Part shown: piece by piece, positions 60,412-64,000 of the stretch
Position numbering within the stretch: position 1 is the first letter of the stretch
Layout of the letters: every line of letters begins with the position of its first letter
Assembly: GCA_051531975.1 (NCBI GenBank)
Contig: JAOPTT010000014.1
Coordinates: 96,001 to 160,000 of the forward strand
Source: Spirochaetaceae bacterium
Lineage (GTDB): Bacteria; Spirochaetota; Spirochaetia; DSM-2461
Length of the DNA stretch: 64,000 nucleotides
Direction of reading: 5' to 3'
Position numbers and translations under genes: made by a program
The notes under the pieces: generated by a model
What the model saw: the letters and a program-made list of their open reading frames with translations, nothing else
Told to the model about the DNA's origin: nothing
The model's database searches: none

Positions 60412-60790
60412 TCATATAGCTTTCTGGGTAAAAGATTTAGAGAAAATGAAGGATTTTTATCAGAGGTTTTTTAATTGCACATCTGGTGATAAATATGTAA
60501 ACAGTAAAAAGTTCTCTAGTTATTTTTTAACATTTGATTCTGGGGTTTCCATTGAACTCATGACAAAACCCTATATTTCTAATAAACAAGATTCTGCAGA
60601 TGCCTATGATGTTTTTGGATATGCCCATATAGCTATTTCTGTCGGTTCTAAAGAAATTGTGAATTCTCTTACAGAGAGACTTAGGTCAGCTGAGTATGGG
60701 GTTGTAGGAGAAGTTAGAACAACTGGGGATGGTTATTATGAGAGTGTAATATTAGATCCAGAAGGTAACAAAATTGAGATTACTATTTAG
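60401..60790 (+). CDS. VOC/glyoxalase family protein
   Basis: HIAFWVKDLE, IELM, GYAHIA, RTTGDGYYESVILDPEGN. Confidence 0.92.
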   Translation: MKINHIAFWVKDLEKMKDFYQRFFNCTSGDKYVNSKKFSSYFLTFDSGVSIELMTKPYISNKQDSADAYDVFGYAHIAISVGSKEIVNSLTERLRSAEYGVVGEVRTTGDGYYESVILDPEGNKIEITI

Positions 60791-60798
60791 GATATTAA

Positions 60799-61821
60799 TT
60801 AACCTACAATTAGTCCATGTTTAGGTAATAACTCTTTAAGTACAAATGTTCTATATATAGATGCTGCTTGGAAAAACCTGTAGACATTTAATTTGTTTAA
60901 TAGATCAGTTGTTAGTTCGTTAAAAAATCTTAAATCCTCATTCCATGATCTATAGTTTGGAATATCTTCCTTAACTGAACCAAGGAAGTCCCTGCTTTTT
61001 ACTGAGTGTTTCCATGCCTCGATTCTTCCATCTAATGGTTTCTGCTGAGACAATATCTTGGCTACATCTTCTTTAATATGATTAAAAGTCAGATTGATAT
61101 CAGGATCTGCAAACTCAGGCCGGAGTTCTCCTATTTTTTTGAAATAATTAAAAAGAGCTTCTGAACCTTCCATAAAAGTTTGATGATTATCCCGTCGATC
61201 TTTAACGTCATTACCAAACTCAAAAGACCAATAGAGATATGGTCTGTCAGGGTTAGTAAATACTCCACCATGACCAAGGGACAATGTATTTGCATAATTC
61301 ACAAGGAACTTCTCTTTCTGTTTATCTAGATGTTTTAAAACATCACCTACTGAGCCAACTGTTATAGTCTCAGATTTAACACTGTTATTATGGTTTGTTA
61401 TTCCAGAAAAGCCATAATGTGAAAAAGTATCAGCATATACATGGGCAACAATTCCAACTAGTTCAGCAAAATAATCTTTATCTTTATTAAAAAAAACATA
61501 CTCTAGTACATCTTTGGCTGTTGGACTATTTTTTTTGCAAACTAATCGGTCGTAATATGTATCACCTTCATTCCCTGGTAAAAAATGAAAAGGAACCCAT
61601 ACTTTATGTTGGTCTTTCTTTTCAATATAACTTTTATTAACTGGGTGATGGGCTGTTACAACTGGGTTAACTGTAGCACCGTCTGGGAGCTCAATATCCT
61701 CGTGGTATGAGTTATCATTTACAAACTGGGATGCTGTTGCAATTACATGAACAATATCCTTTTTTAATCCTGCTGCTCTTGCTAGAGCATAGGTTCCATA
61801 ATAATGCATATCTATCTGCAT
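60799..61821 (-). CDS. DUF6765-like putative metal-dependent hydrolase, copy 2
   Basis: 340 aa, ungapped colinear paralog of 56892-57914. Confidence 0.75.
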   Translation of the reverse strand: MQIDMHYYGTYALARAAGLKKDIVHVIATASQFVNDNSYHEDIELPDGATVNPVVTAHHPVNKSYIEKKDQHKVWVPFHFLPGNEGDTYYDRLVCKKNSPTAKDVLEYVFFNKDKDYFAELVGIVAHVYADTFSHYGFSGITNHNNSVKSETITVGSVGDVLKHLDKQKEKFLVNYANTLSLGHGGVFTNPDRPYLYWSFEFGNDVKDRRDNHQTFMEGSEALFNYFKKIGELRPEFADPDINLTFNHIKEDVAKILSQQKPLDGRIEAWKHSVKSRDFLGSVKEDIPNYRSWNEDLRFFNELTTDLLNKLNVYRFFQAASIYRTFVLKELLPKHGLIVG

Positions 61822-61845
61822 ATAAAATCCTTGTATATCATACTA

Positions 61846-61923
61846 AATGTTATCAAATTTACTGGCATATCTATATATTCAAAAGTTATATTTTTGGCTA
61901 AATTTTCATATTTTCCTATAAAT
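61846..61923. repeat. Conserved 78-bp upstream region of DUF6765 copy 2
   Basis: Aligns with 57955-58032. Confidence 0.8.
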
Positions 61924-62201
61924 ATGGGATTTCAAAGATAATTTTCCTTGTATTCCCCAAACATTATATAAATTTACAGATAAAATTTGGTGTTTTAATA
62001 TGAAATTAATGTAAAGTTAATTTAAAGGCTTTAATGTTCTTATGTTTATATCATTATAAATTGAAAATTAAAAGACCTTAGCTTTCTGGCTGCCTTAAAA
62101 GAGTTCATCTTGATTATATGTAACTTTTAAATTATTATCTGTTAACTTAAATTCTTAATTCTTTATCTGTTAAAGAATTACAAAGGTCGTTTAATAAGTC
62201 T

Positions 62202-63254
62202 ATGAAGATTGCAGTATTATTATCAGGTGGAGTAGATAGCTCCGTTGTTTTATTTAAATTATTAGAAGATGGTTATACAGATATAACAGCATATTATTTA
62301 AAAATATGGCTAGAAGATGAATTAGACTTCATGGGAGATTGCCCATGGGAAGAAGACCTATCTTATGCTCAGGCAGTTTGTGACAAAGCTGGAATTGAAC
62401 TTAAAACAGTATCACTACAACAAGACTATTACGATAAAGTAGTATCCTATGTAATTGCAGAGTTAAAAGAGGGTAGAACTCCATCCCCAGATATATTTTG
62501 TAACCAAAGAATTAAGTTTGGTGCATTCTACGATAAAATCACAGAGAACTACGATAAAGTAGCAACTGGTCACTATGCTCAGATAAGAGAAGAAAACGGT
62601 ATATTCTCAATGTATAGGTCACCAGATCTTATTAAAGATCAGACATACTTCTTAGCTCACCTATCCCAGGAACAGATATCAAAAGTAATGTTCCCTATTG
62701 GTGGATTAGAGAAAAATGAAGTAAGGGTATTAGCAGAGAAATACGACCTACCTAATAAAGCAAGAAAAGACAGCCAAGGAATTTGTTTCCTAGGGAAGAT
62801 AAAATATAACGACTTTATTGGTCACTACCTTGGTAAAGAGGTTGGAGAGATCGTAAACAGGGAAACTTTAGAAGTTCTTGGTAAACATAACGGATTTTGG
62901 TACCACACAGTTGGGCAAAGAAGTGGCCTTGGCTTGAGTGGTGGACCATGGTTTGTAGTAGGAAAAGATACAAAAACAAATACTGTATATGTAAGTCATC
63001 AGAAAAATGATGAAAACAGAGAAAAACGTATATTTACAGTTAAAAACTTAAGTTGGTTAGGTAAAAAACCAACAGAAGATACACTAAGCATAAAGTTAAG
63101 ACATGGCCCTAATATGGTTAAATGTTTTATTAATTGGTTAGAAGATGACAAAATTGAGATAACAATGGCAGAACCAGATAAAGGAGTTGCTCCTGGACAG
63201 TTTGCAATCTTCTACTCTGGAGAAAAATGTCTAGGATGTGGACGAATAGAATAA
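62202..63254 (+). CDS. mnmA: tRNA 2-thiouridine(34) synthase
   Basis: SGGVDS, TPSPDIFCN..IKF, ATGHY, KDQTYFL, DSQGICF, TVGQR, APGQ. Confidence 0.97.
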   Translation: MKIAVLLSGGVDSSVVLFKLLEDGYTDITAYYLKIWLEDELDFMGDCPWEEDLSYAQAVCDKAGIELKTVSLQQDYYDKVVSYVIAELKEGRTPSPDIFCNQRIKFGAFYDKITENYDKVATGHYAQIREENGIFSMYRSPDLIKDQTYFLAHLSQEQISKVMFPIGGLEKNEVRVLAEKYDLPNKARKDSQGICFLGKIKYNDFIGHYLGKEVGEIVNRETLEVLGKHNGFWYHTVGQRSGLGLSGGPWFVVGKDTKTNTVYVSHQKNDENREKRIFTVKNLSWLGKKPTEDTLSIKLRHGPNMVKCFINWLEDDKIEITMAEPDKGVAPGQFAIFYSGEKCLGCGRIE

Positions 63255-63337
63255 AAAAACTATAGAATTCGATTCCATATAGTTTTATAATTAAGATATG
63301 CAGCTAGCCTTACTTTAAAATAATAAAGGTAGCCTTT

Positions 63338-64000
63338 ATGAAAAGTTTGGATAAAGTATTAGGAGAAAAGGTTTTAGGAGTTAGAGTTACGCCTCTAACA
63401 CTAAAAATTGTTCTAATATTTGTATTATTATTATTAGTATCTAATTTCTCTTCAAACTACATTAACTTAACCCTAAATAAAGGTCAGCAATTAAAACTCA
63501 TGAATCAGCTTCTTATCAAAGACTTAAAGGAGCTGCACATATTTGCAATGAATCAGTATGAAATATACTTTTTCACCCAGGATCTTGATACAACAATTCA
63601 AATAATAATTGATAATGCAAAAAAGCAACTACAAGGTGAAAAGTCAGTAGCTTTTGCAGTTAACCCTCAGGGGGAGATACTGTTCTACGCATCTAAAACC
63701 CCTACAATAACGACCTTAGAAGATAAAGATGCCCTAGAAGTAATAAATGCCAATGCACAGAACGACATAATCGAAAATACAATCGAGTTTAAAATAGGAA
63801 ATGATGATTATTTTGGGATATATAAATATCATCCAAGGTGGGATTATTATTTTGTAAGAGGAGAAGAAAAGGTTGAATTCTACTCTGAAACCCAGTTAAT
63901 ATTTTATAGAATCTCCCTTATAATAATAGCATTAACTTTAATATGTACAATTCTTGGAGTCTATCTGATTAGGAGGATATTAAGATTTGTAAAAGTAATA
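63338..64000 (+). CDS. Membrane sensor protein (TM - periplasmic domain - TM), 3'-truncated by window edge
   Basis: Open frame from ATG 63338 (MKSLDKVLGEKVLGVRVTPLTLKIVLIFVLLL...) to window end; output domain not visible. Confidence 0.7.
   Translation, partial: MKSLDKVLGEKVLGVRVTPLTLKIVLIFVLLLLVSNFSSNYINLTLNKGQQLKLMNQLLIKDLKELHIFAMNQYEIYFFTQDLDTTIQIIIDNAKKQLQGEKSVAFAVNPQGEILFYASKTPTITTLEDKDALEVINANAQNDIIENTIEFKIGNDDYFGIYKYHPRWDYYFVRGEEKVEFYSETQLIFYRISLIIIALTLICTILGVYLIRRILRFVKVI

Noticed and set aside
148..61901. Many short ORFs in the track overlapping long genes (e.g. 148-459, 3351-3563, 21243-21632, 27346-27786, 32327-32749, 52446-52760)
   Set aside because: Antisense or off-frame shadows of well-supported genes with no recognisable motifs

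Overview
AT-rich bacterial chromosome segment, most likely a free-living spirochaete (inferred from lipoprotein-type signal peptides, a spirochaetal CheY-like domain and the gene set; not provable here). Core genes (glnS, nagB, sppA, M18 aminopeptidase, hrpB, dCMP deaminase, aroA, leuA, argS, mnmA) alternate with accessory cassettes. I saw no rRNA, tRNA, CRISPR, transposase, integrase or reverse transcriptase. Signals not in the ORF track: (1) two ribosome-dependent attenuators with near-leaderless leader peptides, Leu-rich before leuA and Arg-rich (RRR) before argS; (2) a variable locus between an M48 peptidase and a WD40 lipoprotein that retains decayed copies of both genes' 3' ends and a duplicated 49-bp hairpin, suggesting two alleles stacked in tandem; (3) an AT-rich AIPR + membrane-protein island behind one of two duplicated DUF6765-like genes; (4) a predicted exported protein joining an FMN-attachment motif (DAVSGAS) to an inactive CheY-like domain; (5) a hybrid kinase that has lost both phospho-histidines; (6) a 49-aa membrane microprotein and several operator motifs. 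All family calls are motif recognition by eye, not database searches.
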